DNA from: a virus
Lineage: Duplodnaviria > Caudoviricetes
Length of the DNA stretch: 57,518 nucleotides
Virus record (IMG/VR): IMGVR_UViG_3300009502_002970
Coordinates: 1-57,518 of that record
Direction: 5' to 3' (one strand)
Part shown: one piece after another, positions 1 through 10,261 of the stretch
Position numbering within the stretch: the first letter of the stretch is position 1
Layout: every line of letters starts with the position of its first letter
Notes under the pieces: model-generated
The model's database searches: none
Told to the model about the DNA's origin: nothing
What the model saw: the letters and a program-made list of their open reading frames with translations, nothing else
Made by a program: the position numbers and the translations under genes

Positions 1-417
1 TTACTCCTCCGATATTTTTTTGTGATAACTTTCAACCAACCCAGCGCGTATTCGTGACTTTATGGTGGCAGAAGTATATAGTGCATTCATAGCAGTGTAT
101 ATGCTGGTGAAAGGCACTTGTATTGATTCTCGTCGAATTATGGTATCAGTACCCATGATTCGCTTTTTCGTCAAAATAAATAACGCGTTGCTATGCTTTA
201 GCGAAAAATAATTGTGGTTAAAAACCGTATCATTTTTTGCAGAATCTACGGCTTGAGTAAGGAAATATCCATCTTCCCACGTAAATACGAAATGGGTGGA
301 TATTCCTTCAACCGTTAATGTTGTGTCAAGGATCACTTTAGGATTAGAGATAGTTTTCTGGCCCATTACGGCAACTGAAAACATGAGGATTAAGACAAGA
401 ATGACTGATTTTTTCAT
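1..417 (-). CDS. Secreted hypothetical protein (Sec signal peptide); paralogue of 43385-43801
   Basis: MKKSVILVLILMFSVAVMG-Q N-terminus; shares LTQAVDS.KNDTV and KRI.GTDTI with the unit 2 copy. Confidence 0.8.
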   Translation of the reverse strand: MKKSVILVLILMFSVAVMGQKTISNPKVILDTTLTVEGISTHFVFTWEDGYFLTQAVDSAKNDTVFNHNYFSLKHSNALFILTKKRIMGTDTIIRRESIQVPFTSIYTAMNALYTSATIKSRIRAGLVESYHKKISEE

Positions 418-427
418 GATTTTAAAA

Positions 428-1513
428 TTAAAAGGGTGACCAGAAAAATGATTTGTTTTGAATACAATTTGGAAATACCCAATTTGTATTATTTCCGTTA
501 TTTATTGAATTACAACCTGTACCCCATGTTGCCCCCCCGGAGCCTGTTGAATAACTCAGATTCACGTAGTCAACAGTGACTGTTCCAGAAGATTTACTCA
601 ACGTCCATCCGTTAGTTGATGTGCCAGTAAGATTTATTAATCCTACTCCACTACCATCTGCCGTGAACGTGGTAATGGTTTGAGTAGTCCCATCGGTAAA
701 CTTGAAGGTCTTATTTGCAACATATGGCGAAAACTTTAGTTCGTGAAATATATTTGAACCACTTATTGTACCTCCCCCGATAGTAGCATCAAAATATACA
801 TTATAAAATGTTTTACCATTTCCCTTTAACGAGCATGTAGTATAATTGCCGCTAAGATGGATAGTTGAAGTGCCGCAAATAAACGTGAAATTTGAACCAT
901 TGGTCAAAAAGTCTACGCCATTAGAACCGTTAACAGTTATGTCGGACGCGCCCAAATTAATTACTGATGGGTCTCCATCCCACCAAATTGCAATATTATT
1001 AACCTTGCCGACTTTCCCATTTGTATTTAACGTCCCCCCTTCTACAGCCATGTCGTAAATACTGAAATTATCGACAAATAATGATGTTCCTCCAGCACCG
1101 ACCCTGTCTATTGACCCACCCCAAATAATACCACCGCTTTGGATATTTTTTGTGCCACTTGTATTTGCATGATATATTTGTATAAAACTGTTTGCTGTTC
1201 CACCGAAATAAATATCCCCATATATATAAATATATTTTGCAGTTGATGCAGTAATTGACCCTCCCCATCCTCGGCAATCAAAATTCAAACAGTACATAGT
1301 CGCTACAACAGTGCAAGTGACATTCCCCGCAGCCTTTGTAAAAAAAATATTATCAGATGCACTGGGAACAGCAGATGCAGATGTCCAGCTTGTAGTATCT
1401 GTTGCCCAGTTTGCTGCAACATTTGAATTTCCATTCAACGGTTTCCAATATTTATTCGTGGAGAACCCCATCATGGTCAGGATCATTAAAAGAATAACCG
1501 CTATTGTTCTCAT
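428..1513 (-). CDS. Gly/Thr/Asn-rich beta-solenoid-like putative receptor-binding/fibre accessory protein with signal peptide
   Basis: Hydrophobic N-terminus, repetitive G/T/N beta-strand pattern, distal tail position, C-terminal FFWSPF. Confidence 0.6.
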   Translation of the reverse strand: MRTIAVILLMILTMMGFSTNKYWKPLNGNSNVAANWATDTTSWTSASAVPSASDNIFFTKAAGNVTCTVVATMYCLNFDCRGWGGSITASTAKYIYIYGDIYFGGTANSFIQIYHANTSGTKNIQSGGIIWGGSIDRVGAGGTSLFVDNFSIYDMAVEGGTLNTNGKVGKVNNIAIWWDGDPSVINLGASDITVNGSNGVDFLTNGSNFTFICGTSTIHLSGNYTTCSLKGNGKTFYNVYFDATIGGGTISGSNIFHELKFSPYVANKTFKFTDGTTQTITTFTADGSGVGLINLTGTSTNGWTLSKSSGTVTVDYVNLSYSTGSGGATWGTGCNSINNGNNTNWVFPNCIQNKSFFWSPF

Positions 1514-2805
1514 TACTGTAAAGTGTTAAACGGTCCAGCCACCTGACCAAACCACGTTGAACCAATAAGTTTGAGAACTACAATATCCTTCGCCCCCGAA
1601 CTATTGGTGAAAGTGGGTGCAGCAGTCCACGTTACTTGTGGGGAAAAAGCCACGGTATATGTAGTGCTGGATGCTTCATGTGTGAATAGAATCGTTAACG
1701 TTTGGCCTGATGTTCCCCCGATTAGTGTATAGGTACAATTCCCTGTCCGGGTAATCGTGTAAGTATTTCCTTGGGTGCAATAAATATTCATGGACGTAGA
1801 ACTATTTCCACCCGCTTTTATTCCAGCAATAATAGCACTATCTGCCACTTCTTTTGTCGAGTGAACCTTACCTAAATTTGTGATGTTGGATGATCCTGCC
1901 CAGGTTGACAATGCCGTGTTCTCAACATTTCCAAGTCCCACAGCACTTGAATTCATAGTGCCCAGGGAAAGATCACCTTTGAAATATTGACCTGAAGAAC
2001 CTGTTGTGATAGCGGATTGCTTACCATTGAATATATTCCAGTCAGTGTATTTGAGAAATCCATCATTCGACCCGGTGGCCGCCGCCATCGAGATGGCCGG
2101 CGTGGATCCACCGCTGGAGGATACCGGAGCCGTACCGGTAACGGTGGTAACAGCCGTCTGCGGCAACGTCACATCCCCGGATACGGTTACCGTATGAGTA
2201 TTGAGTGTCAGTGTCCCGGTACCCACGGTGATCGTATTGCCATTCACGTGTCCAGCCTCAAGTTTCCCCTTGATCTTAGCCCCTTGTTCGCAGTCAAAGC
2301 TCTTTACCTTCAATGCTGAATCACTGCTTGAGGTAACCCCATCAATCACCGCGTTTCCATGTACATCAATACCATTATTAATCACTGTTGGTATCGGATT
2401 TCCGGTTGCCGAATCCACAGAACTGATCTTGTTCACATGAAGCTCTGCTCCTCCCCCGCCCACACCCACATTACCCCCGTCGCTGTAGATCACGTTGCTG
2501 GATGGATCGAAAAGCAGGAAGGATACCTGAGTAGGTTTAAGGCCGTCTGCCAGCTTCCTGCAGCCGGGGTAAGACATCTTATCGTTGTACTCAGTAGGGA
2601 TCAGTACTACCTGGCCAACCTTGGTGTTGTACTTTCGCCGCCAGGCTGAAGAATACCATACGCCGTTCAAGCCCAGGGAATCCGGACCTAATTCATACTT
2701 GCCCAGGGTTCCACCATGGACAAAGCCAACAGAGTCAAAAACATGCTTCTGTGCAAAGCTCAGCGCAGGCGCCAGAAGCAATAAAAACAGGATGATTTTT
2801 TTCAT
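1513..2805 (-). CDS. Tail fibre-like protein with Sec signal peptide
   Basis: Likely start MKKIILFLLLLAPALSFA-Q; fibre-shaft motifs VGLGNVENT and DWNIFNGKQ; C-terminal fibre domain; paralogue of 44418-45473. Confidence 0.7.
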   Translation of the reverse strand: MKKIILFLLLLAPALSFAQKHVFDSVGFVHGGTLGKYELGPDSLGLNGVWYSSAWRRKYNTKVGQVVLIPTEYNDKMSYPGCRKLADGLKPTQVSFLLFDPSSNVIYSDGGNVGVGGGGAELHVNKISSVDSATGNPIPTVINNGIDVHGNAVIDGVTSSSDSALKVKSFDCEQGAKIKGKLEAGHVNGNTITVGTGTLTLNTHTVTVSGDVTLPQTAVTTVTGTAPVSSSGGSTPAISMAAATGSNDGFLKYTDWNIFNGKQSAITTGSSGQYFKGDLSLGTMNSSAVGLGNVENTALSTWAGSSNITNLGKVHSTKEVADSAIIAGIKAGGNSSTSMNIYCTQGNTYTITRTGNCTYTLIGGTSGQTLTILFTHEASSTTYTVAFSPQVTWTAAPTFTNSSGAKDIVVLKLIGSTWFGQVAGPFNTLQ

Positions 2806-2815
2806 ATGATTTGGG

Positions 2816-3160
2816 TTAGTAAGCATTTGCGATTGCGTAAATGGTTGCGTCCACGAACGTTTTAACAGTAATCTTTGATGCGGTTTTGGTGATCAGCGTG
2901 ATCTCGACGGGGTTTCCTGAGGCGTCGAATCCATTCACGGTGAACGAATAATTCGTATTGGAAAAAACGCTGTTCCAGGTCAGATCACAATTCGTGCCGG
3001 ACGTGGCCGAAGCATGCGCGTTACGACCGGCGGCGTGGTCATCGATGTAATCAATGATGGCGATCTCCAGTGTCTCATGCGCCGTATCCTGAACCTGCGT
3101 TCCGGATGCCCTGCCGGTAAGCGTTGAATGAGCTAGTGCTTTTAATTCCGTCGAGGTCAT
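2816..3160 (-). CDS. Small tail-tip/fibre adaptor-like protein
   Basis: 114 aa, strongly conserved with 45483-45830 (NTNY..TVNGFD..GNPVEI). Confidence 0.6.
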   Translation of the reverse strand: MTSTELKALAHSTLTGRASGTQVQDTAHETLEIAIIDYIDDHAAGRNAHASATSGTNCDLTWNSVFSNTNYSFTVNGFDASGNPVEITLITKTASKITVKTFVDATIYAIANAY

Positions 3161-3170
3161 GTCCTAATGT

Positions 3171-4793
3171 TTAACTGTAAGCTGCACTATATGCATCACA
3201 GTAATTCCTGCCCAAAGGCAGAATGATTACTGGGATCTTAGAAAAAAAAAAATCACGGTAAGCGCGTTCATATTCGAGGTCGAGAGAGTATAGATACTGA
3301 TCATCGACCAGGTGTTCCTTTATCGCATCGTTGGTGATGATCACCGGGAACAGAAGGTTATCCTTGTACTCATACACTTCCTTTGACAACAGGAAATCCC
3401 TGAAGTAATCTTTCATCGACCTGGATACCCATCCCGAGTTCGTTTTCAGCATCTGTCCCTCGCTCGCGTCGAACCTGCGCGTAGGCGCGTTAAACGATGT
3501 TACATCAGAATCCGACTGTGAAACGCAGGTCGAAGCCTCCAGCTTGATGTCAGTACTGCCCTTTCCGGTAAACCTTATCACGTCATATGCCCGGCCGAAA
3601 CTGTTCTGGAACAGGAATACACGTTCATTCTCATAATACTGCTGATCCAGGGTGAATGTCCTGGTTTCAGAAAGATTATCAATTCCTGAGGCGAAAAGGT
3701 TGATATCCCATTTGGCAACGACCTTGCTGCCAGTGATCATCGAAGAAATATCCAGGTCTGCATAGCCGGCCGAAATCTCAATCACCTGGTTTGATGACAC
3801 GGAAAATCCTGTCAGCTCCTGCTCTGCATAGGTACCATCCGTAAAAAAAACTTTCAGGTATAAGCCGAAATATTCAAAGGCCGGTTCGGGCCCAACATAA
3901 AAATATAATCGTTCAGGGACAGTCATCCCGGTGAGTTTATCCACCGGTGCCCAGGTCATGAATGATTTCTGGTTTCCTGCCACGGAAAAGAAGTGAAGTG
4001 CATGCTGATTGTAGTACATCAGCGTTTCACGATTGAGGCCACCGGTGATCGCGTTGCGAAGATCATCATAATGGATCCTTCGCACGGTGCCCGAATACCT
4101 TTCGGCAAACCCGGCATATAACTGAAGAACATAATTGCTGAAGGTATGCACGATGTCCGTGTCAAACGGATAGGTAAACTTCTGCCCTGCCAGGCATTCA
4201 GAGAGCACTGTAAGATACTCCGAAAAGTCGAACAAAACTTCACCCGATTCATCAACCGGCTTGATATCGCGGGCCAGAACTTTGAAATCAGTATCCCACA
4301 GGCCGCCGATCACGCAGAAGTTATCACGCAACAGCGCATCGAGTCCGGCCAGGTATGAGCCGATCGAAACAGTCACCATGTTGGTCGATATCACCACAGA
4401 GTTATCACTTCCCTTGTCAAACGCTTCAAAGAAGATCGTCCGTGAAGATGACCCGGCCGCTTCCAGGGTCATCTTGAACCGGGAAGAGATATCATAGTTA
4501 CTCTGCAGGCATAAAAACAACGTGGCGCACCAGGTGGACCATGCGCCCGATGATGCCGCCTTCTGCACCTGCAGGCCTGAGTCATCCGGGGTTGTCACGG
4601 TGGTAAATGTAACGGCCTTGTCAACGAAGGTAAACGTCAGAAGGTGTCCAGTAGCGGTGTCGGCAGTCGTAACAATCAACTGAAAACTACACTTTCTACC
4701 AGTTTGTGACAGGAAATTATCCGTGGAAATCTTCCACTGCGAAGGATTTCCGCAGAAAAATACTGACTGGGGCGTTGATTCGATGGTGATCAT
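3171..4793 (-). CDS. Tail tip/baseplate-like structural protein
   Basis: 540 aa, second gene after tape measure; paralogue 45842-47467; C-terminal Y-x3-Y-x3-Y tail. Confidence 0.65.
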   Translation of the reverse strand: MITIESTPQSVFFCGNPSQWKISTDNFLSQTGRKCSFQLIVTTADTATGHLLTFTFVDKAVTFTTVTTPDDSGLQVQKAASSGAWSTWCATLFLCLQSNYDISSRFKMTLEAAGSSSRTIFFEAFDKGSDNSVVISTNMVTVSIGSYLAGLDALLRDNFCVIGGLWDTDFKVLARDIKPVDESGEVLFDFSEYLTVLSECLAGQKFTYPFDTDIVHTFSNYVLQLYAGFAERYSGTVRRIHYDDLRNAITGGLNRETLMYYNQHALHFFSVAGNQKSFMTWAPVDKLTGMTVPERLYFYVGPEPAFEYFGLYLKVFFTDGTYAEQELTGFSVSSNQVIEISAGYADLDISSMITGSKVVAKWDINLFASGIDNLSETRTFTLDQQYYENERVFLFQNSFGRAYDVIRFTGKGSTDIKLEASTCVSQSDSDVTSFNAPTRRFDASEGQMLKTNSGWVSRSMKDYFRDFLLSKEVYEYKDNLLFPVIITNDAIKEHLVDDQYLYSLDLEYERAYRDFFFSKIPVIILPLGRNYCDAYSAAYS

Positions 4794-4833
4794 GCAGCAA
4801 TATTATAATTTGATGAACGAAAAATAAAGGACA
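4794..4833 (-). promoter_or_regulatory. Putative late promoter TGTCCTTT-N20-TAATATTG, leaderless
   Basis: TGTCCTTTA starts exactly 40 nt before the ATG at 4793; same geometry at other sites. Confidence 0.75.
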
Positions 4834-6477
4834 TTACAAGCATGAAAATGCTTTGATCAGCGATGGCTTAATTGTGTTTTTCGTTAACGTAACTGCCACT
4901 TCCGATAACAGATAATTATTGCCGTGGATCTCATGTTTTGCAGTAAAATCCAAATCCCGGATGTCAATAAAACTCAGTTGTTTTGAAAATTGAACATTAA
5001 CTGCCATGTCCAACTGCCAGTTTATCCATTCCTGAAAGAATTTTTTAAACAACCCTTTGGGACCGTGGAAAAACAATGATAGGTTCTCGTTCGATGTGGC
5101 CGATCGAATTCGCCCGTCAACCATGGTTACGAAAATTAATCTGGAAGATATTTTTTTCCAATCATCCTTCTTGTTTTCACAGGATGGGTATTCCCATGAA
5201 GTGAACTGATACAGACAAGAAAGATCAGTCTCTATCTTTGTAATGAGCTCGCTCATGTAACGATAATTGAATGTAGTGCTGGCAGTGATATCCTGCGTGA
5301 GCTCTGCCCAGGTGATTACCTGACCTGAACCCAATGAAGCCTTGTAATACTTATTGACGTCAATCACGTACCATACATCGCCGGCGGTTACAATATTTGA
5401 GTATGGAGGTATAAACAAATCACCCATGGTCTGGACAGTTCCAGTCCATTCAATAGTATTACCGGTTTCCCATTGTATTTGATCAGAGAATGCCGGATCG
5501 CCGTCATCAGGTTTCATCGCCAGCTGGGCGCCGGTGATCTGATCGGCAATTAATACTGCAAGGTTGGTTACGCCCTCAGTGAAAGGGATCACTACGGAGG
5601 AGTGAAGGATATCCTGTGCACCCTTTATCGTCACTATCTTATTGATATCGTCGACAAAAAAGTAGCAATTAAGATATTTCTCCAATCCATGGATAAACGC
5701 GTTGAGAGATACCCGCGGCATATGCTGCTGATAGAAAATCGTCCCCGGATACATCCCACCAAAGAGCTGATCATTATCAATGTTCCGTGAATTATATATC
5801 AATAGATTCGCAAGTTCTTCGCTCTGCCCGAAGAACTGATCATCCAGGCTATAATTAAGCAGGGAAACGGCCTTATTCAGCAGGAACCGCAAATACACAA
5901 ACGGAACCAGGATCGTGGGATCACCATGGTCTGTCACATCACGCAGACCTGTCGGCACGGAGGAAAAGTAGAAGTTGTAAAACGCTTTCTGCTCATCGGT
6001 GGCCACCGTGCCATAAAAAAGATCATTGGCCACCAGGGGAAACGCGACGTTCACTTCCGGATAAACCTTGGTCAGGGAATCATTATAATACTCCATGGCC
6101 GCCGTCTCGGAGGTTTGCACGATCTTACCGAGGTTCATCTCATGCAGAGTTTGCTTTGAACTTTGGAAGTTGAAGTTTCCCTTATCGATGTACAGTACTG
6201 CTTCATAGTAATCTGCCGCTGTTTTAATTCGCATGGATCCCGATAACATTCCCACACCGGCCCAAAGTACGTCTGCAGGAAAGAACTGGTATTTATCGTT
6301 CGTGTTCTCCACCCGGTGAATGAACCGCAAGATCATCTTGTTTTTGGAAGTAAACGGCAGTTTGAATGGAAATGAATAATCTCCCAGGGTATTGAACAAC
6401 GGAGACATGAACTTGATGGAGATAACCACATCCTGGTTAAGGTCCAGGTACTCTTCGTTTACTCTGATTGCCAGCAT
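4834..6477 (-). CDS. Distal tail/hub-like structural protein
   Basis: 547 aa directly after tape measure; N-terminal SPLFN..GDYS.PFKLP; paralogue 47508-49157. Confidence 0.65.
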   Translation of the reverse strand: MLAIRVNEEYLDLNQDVVISIKFMSPLFNTLGDYSFPFKLPFTSKNKMILRFIHRVENTNDKYQFFPADVLWAGVGMLSGSMRIKTAADYYEAVLYIDKGNFNFQSSKQTLHEMNLGKIVQTSETAAMEYYNDSLTKVYPEVNVAFPLVANDLFYGTVATDEQKAFYNFYFSSVPTGLRDVTDHGDPTILVPFVYLRFLLNKAVSLLNYSLDDQFFGQSEELANLLIYNSRNIDNDQLFGGMYPGTIFYQQHMPRVSLNAFIHGLEKYLNCYFFVDDINKIVTIKGAQDILHSSVVIPFTEGVTNLAVLIADQITGAQLAMKPDDGDPAFSDQIQWETGNTIEWTGTVQTMGDLFIPPYSNIVTAGDVWYVIDVNKYYKASLGSGQVITWAELTQDITASTTFNYRYMSELITKIETDLSCLYQFTSWEYPSCENKKDDWKKISSRLIFVTMVDGRIRSATSNENLSLFFHGPKGLFKKFFQEWINWQLDMAVNVQFSKQLSFIDIRDLDFTAKHEIHGNNYLLSEVAVTLTKNTIKPSLIKAFSCL

Positions 6478-6479
6478 AC

Positions 6480-9400
6480 CTATTGTTTTGAAACGTCAGA
6501 TTCGATTGAGCGCATGGTATCGTCCGCCGTGCGGATATCCTGGTAAACCACAAACGAGCGTTGTGGCTGCCGTGCATTCGCGTTGAACGCGTTCAGCGCC
6601 TCCAGCAGCGCCATGTTCTCGGCCGATCCCTGGCTCATTGCCCCGGCTGTCGATGATACGGATCCGGCAGGGTAGTTCCCCATGGCTCTTTGCGGTACCC
6701 GGGCGTATTCAATGGCATTGATCACGTGAGGGTAGTTCATCATCAGGTTGCGCGTTGTCCTGGGATCGATGACATATTCAGGACCAGTCTCGCTGATCAG
6801 TGTGGGTGTGCTGTACAACCCGGTGCGTGGTGATCCCACAAATGGGACATTGGAATACGACCGGTTATCATCTGCACCAACCACGTTGTACCGGCCTTTG
6901 TCGGCCTGGGGCACTTTTGATGACAAGATATATCCAACCTGAATAGCTCCCAGCGCCGCGGTAATTATGGATAATGCAATACCAACACCCGGACCCGCGG
7001 TAAGAGCAGCTGCCACAGCCTGTGCAACGTTAATCAATGCATTGAACAGTGCTAATTGTTTTGCACGCTGCGCCTGGTCATGCTCCATTTTCTTTTTCTT
7101 GTTATCCAGATCCTGGTCCATCTTCCCTACCCGGGCGTCATACTCCTTTTGCGTGATGATTTTGGCATCCAGCTGCTTTTTCAGGTTATCCTTTTTCTGA
7201 GTATTGGCAGCCTCATCTTCTTTCAGCCTTTGGTTTTCAGCATCGTTTTGCATGCTGAAAATAGATGACAATCCATCGGCGGCACCCTTTGCAATGGTGA
7301 TGGCCCCTTCGATCAGCTTTTTCTGCGTCTCCTTTTTTAACTGGACTTCCCTGGCAGCCTCTTCCTGATCCATCTGGGCCTTGATCTTCTTGATCTTAGC
7401 CTCATCCTTCACATTATCATCAAGAAGTTTCTTGTATTTGGCATTCACCTCCAGGTGAATCTTTTCCTTTCCGATTGCCAAAGCCTGCTCACTCTTTAAT
7501 TCCAGGTTCTTCAGCTCTTCATTAAACTTGATATCGGCATTCTTATGAACATCGTTAATCTCTGCTTTTTGAGCAGCCTTCATTGTTTCAACATCGGCCC
7601 TGATCTTCAATTCAGCATCAGCCTTGTTCTTTTCAGCAATGGCGATTTTCTCGGCGTTCCCTTTTGCGGCAATGACCTCCTCATCATAGGCATACTTTAT
7701 GGCGCTGAGAATCTCAGCCTGGGCATCCTCGTACTTTTTGTTTACCTCATAGATCTGCCGCTCGGTGATACTCATCCTGGCCACCCGCAGGTTCTCATGT
7801 ATCTTGGCCACATCGTCGGCAAACTTCTGTTCGGCCTGGGTGAGGACCTGCTTTATCTGTGCATCCCGGGCAATTTCGAGTTTCGTAATGTTGTCATCCA
7901 CCTCTTTCTTCTGATCCGGGCTGAGTTTTTTCTCCTTTTCCTTATATTTTATCGCTATTTCAATCATGTCGTTGTATTTCTTTTCGACATTTCGGATCTC
8001 CTGTTGCGTCCTGGTATAGTTGTTGGCAAAATTCTCAAGTTCCATATTCTCCATGGAATCAATCATTTTCTTATAATCGTCCTCTGATTTTTTCCGGAGT
8101 TCATGTTCATGTTCAGCTGTTTTTCCTCTACGCTTCAATTCCTCTTCTGCTTTTTCAGCTAAAATCCTGGACTGATCCGTTACATCAGATCCCTTTCCCG
8201 CGGCCATATATTTCCGAAGGTCCTCTTCAGTTGCCTTTTTGAAATTACTAACGGTTATTGCCGTTTTTTTTGCATCTTCTGCAGCTTTATCCCTGGCTGT
8301 TTTTTCTTTATCAAAATTGTCAATAGATTGTTGAACTGCATCCCCATTTAAAACTTTCAATTTTATTTGAAGCGCGATCTGATCATTTATCCTTTGCTGG
8401 TTTGCTGCTTTAAATTCTGCAACCTCTTCTTGTGTTGCTCTTCGCATATCAAGTCCTCTGGAGCCTTTAACCACTGTGTATGATCCTGTTTTAGTGATAT
8501 CCTCCATTTGGGGACTATGAATTTTCAACTCGTTGTTTGCCTTGTCAAGTGATTTTTTTGTTTCTTCAATGGCTTTCTTGTTCTCGTATTGCAATAAAAT
8601 AATTTGATTCTTAAGGTAATCACGAACACGATCCGAAGATATACTTATCGCGTTGCCGTATTTGTCAAACGCATCCGCCGCACCAGGCATTACTGCTGTC
8701 ACATCCCCAATTATTTTTTTAAGTTCCGCCTGTTCATCCTTGTTCAGGCTAGCTTTAGACTTTAATTCATCATATCGGGTTAGAAGAGGGGTAGTTTCAG
8801 TAATCAATTGGCCCACTGATCTTCCTAATTCTTCATATTTAGTCACTGACGACTTTACCTCTTCATTATGACGAGCTATGCGTTTCGTGAGATCATCAAA
8901 AAGAGATTTTGTCCCTGATAATATTCCATTGAAAAATGTTCCTGATCCTAATAGATATTCACCTAGAGTTCTTTGCAATGCCCCCCAACTCTTTTGCATC
9001 TGGATGATCTTCCCACTGGTTGTATCCATTTCACCTTCAGCCAATCCTTTATATTTTCTGGCAACGATATCAATGGCATCTCCATGGTATAATTCATCTT
9101 TTGAAAGATTTTTAAATTCCTGCGACAGTTTCCCCAGGCTTTTCCCGAGCCTGCCTTCCATAGTTCCATCAAGATCCTGAACAGAATTCTTGAGTGTATT
9201 CCCAGTGACCGTAGCCAGATCCATAGCTGCCGAAATAGTTTTTCTAATCTGTTCCGGTGTTCTACCCTGGATTACAAGAAATTTTTCAGCCTCTTCAATC
9301 TCGAACCTGGTATATTTAGTCACGCCGGCCCTTTCTTTTGCCAGGTTGATGAGTTCCTTTTGAGTAGATTTATTCCCATCCAGCACGTCAAGTAATATTT

Positions 9401-9782
9401 TTTCGGAATCACGCAATTCCATTGCTTTTTTGACACCTTCCTTAAAATAATCTACAATTTTCTCAACAGCGAAAGCTGCCGCCATTGCACCTCCGAGTGC
9501 AACCAGTTTTTCCTTCATACTCCCGATGGCTGAATCAAACACGGACTTGTTCTTGTCCATCTCATCGGCCACGGCCTTCACGTTTTTCTTCTGATCAACC
9601 AGCGTGGTATTGATCTTCTGTATCTCTGCAGCTTTGGCAATGTACTCCTCAGTGCCAATGGTCATCTTACGCCATTCTCCCGTAAGAGCTCTGACATTAT
9701 TCTCAAGGTCCTTGATACTGGAGGCTGCCTTCTTGCCATCCATCAGCACTTCAGCTGTCGCGGTTTCTTTGTTCGATGCCAT
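6480..9782 (-). CDS. Tape measure protein
   Basis: 1100 aa, long K/E/A-rich coiled coil, hydrophobic Ala/Gly segments, C-terminal ISETGPEYVI motif. Confidence 0.9.
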   Translation of the reverse strand: MASNKETATAEVLMDGKKAASSIKDLENNVRALTGEWRKMTIGTEEYIAKAAEIQKINTTLVDQKKNVKAVADEMDKNKSVFDSAIGSMKEKLVALGGAMAAAFAVEKIVDYFKEGVKKAMELRDSEKILLDVLDGNKSTQKELINLAKERAGVTKYTRFEIEEAEKFLVIQGRTPEQIRKTISAAMDLATVTGNTLKNSVQDLDGTMEGRLGKSLGKLSQEFKNLSKDELYHGDAIDIVARKYKGLAEGEMDTTSGKIIQMQKSWGALQRTLGEYLLGSGTFFNGILSGTKSLFDDLTKRIARHNEEVKSSVTKYEELGRSVGQLITETTPLLTRYDELKSKASLNKDEQAELKKIIGDVTAVMPGAADAFDKYGNAISISSDRVRDYLKNQIILLQYENKKAIEETKKSLDKANNELKIHSPQMEDITKTGSYTVVKGSRGLDMRRATQEEVAEFKAANQQRINDQIALQIKLKVLNGDAVQQSIDNFDKEKTARDKAAEDAKKTAITVSNFKKATEEDLRKYMAAGKGSDVTDQSRILAEKAEEELKRRGKTAEHEHELRKKSEDDYKKMIDSMENMELENFANNYTRTQQEIRNVEKKYNDMIEIAIKYKEKEKKLSPDQKKEVDDNITKLEIARDAQIKQVLTQAEQKFADDVAKIHENLRVARMSITERQIYEVNKKYEDAQAEILSAIKYAYDEEVIAAKGNAEKIAIAEKNKADAELKIRADVETMKAAQKAEINDVHKNADIKFNEELKNLELKSEQALAIGKEKIHLEVNAKYKKLLDDNVKDEAKIKKIKAQMDQEEAAREVQLKKETQKKLIEGAITIAKGAADGLSSIFSMQNDAENQRLKEDEAANTQKKDNLKKQLDAKIITQKEYDARVGKMDQDLDNKKKKMEHDQAQRAKQLALFNALINVAQAVAAALTAGPGVGIALSIITAALGAIQVGYILSSKVPQADKGRYNVVGADDNRSYSNVPFVGSPRTGLYSTPTLISETGPEYVIDPRTTRNLMMNYPHVINAIEYARVPQRAMGNYPAGSVSSTAGAMSQGSAENMALLEALNAFNANARQPQRSFVVYQDIRTADDTMRSIESDVSKQ

Positions 9783-9784
9783 AA

Positions 9785-10246
9785 TCAGAGTTTTACCCGG
9801 GCTCCGCCCTTGATTGAATTGTCTGCCAAATTTTCAACAGCATCCCTGATCACCAGGGTGCCCTTATGCGCCCACTCGCGCGCCATGATCTCCTTGAGGG
9901 TGGCCACCTCAGCATAGAATGTTTTGCTGTACCATTTCTTCGGTCGGCGACGGTTGCCCAGCATCTTGCCTTCCAGTTTCCGGGAGGTCCTGTTTTCATT
10001 CACACCCCCGATCGGCGTCCCCTTCCCTACCCCCATATCCACGAACTTGCCGTAATACTTAAATGCGAAGTTTATCTTCATTACTGATCCATCCGGAGCA
10101 GTGGTGACATTCTTCTGAAACGAAGAATAGAGCGGACCTCCGGACCTTCCGATTTTGTATTTATGCAGTTTTTCCCGCCATATTGAAACGGTGAAAAACG
10201 CCCACTTTTCGGCAATCTCCTGCGGTGAAAGTTTCGGTTTGCTCAT
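9785..10246 (-). CDS. Basic neck/tail-completion-like protein
   Basis: YGKFVDMGVGKG and KKWYSKTFY conserved in 52466-52894; position before tape measure. Confidence 0.55.
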   Translation of the reverse strand: MSKPKLSPQEIAEKWAFFTVSIWREKLHKYKIGRSGGPLYSSFQKNVTTAPDGSVMKINFAFKYYGKFVDMGVGKGTPIGGVNENRTSRKLEGKMLGNRRRPKKWYSKTFYAEVATLKEIMAREWAHKGTLVIRDAVENLADNSIKGGARVKL

Positions 10247-10261
10247 GGGATTATTTAATTA

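Noticed and set aside
428-2805. Diversity-generating retroelement acting on fibre genes
   Set aside because: No reverse transcriptase and no TR/VR pair differing at adenines seen
7545-8087. Long + strand ORFs antisense to structural genes (also 33281-33841, 49596-50210, 16275-16799, 14612-15085)
   Set aside because: Shadow frames of biased coding sequence, with no motifs and no conservation between the two units
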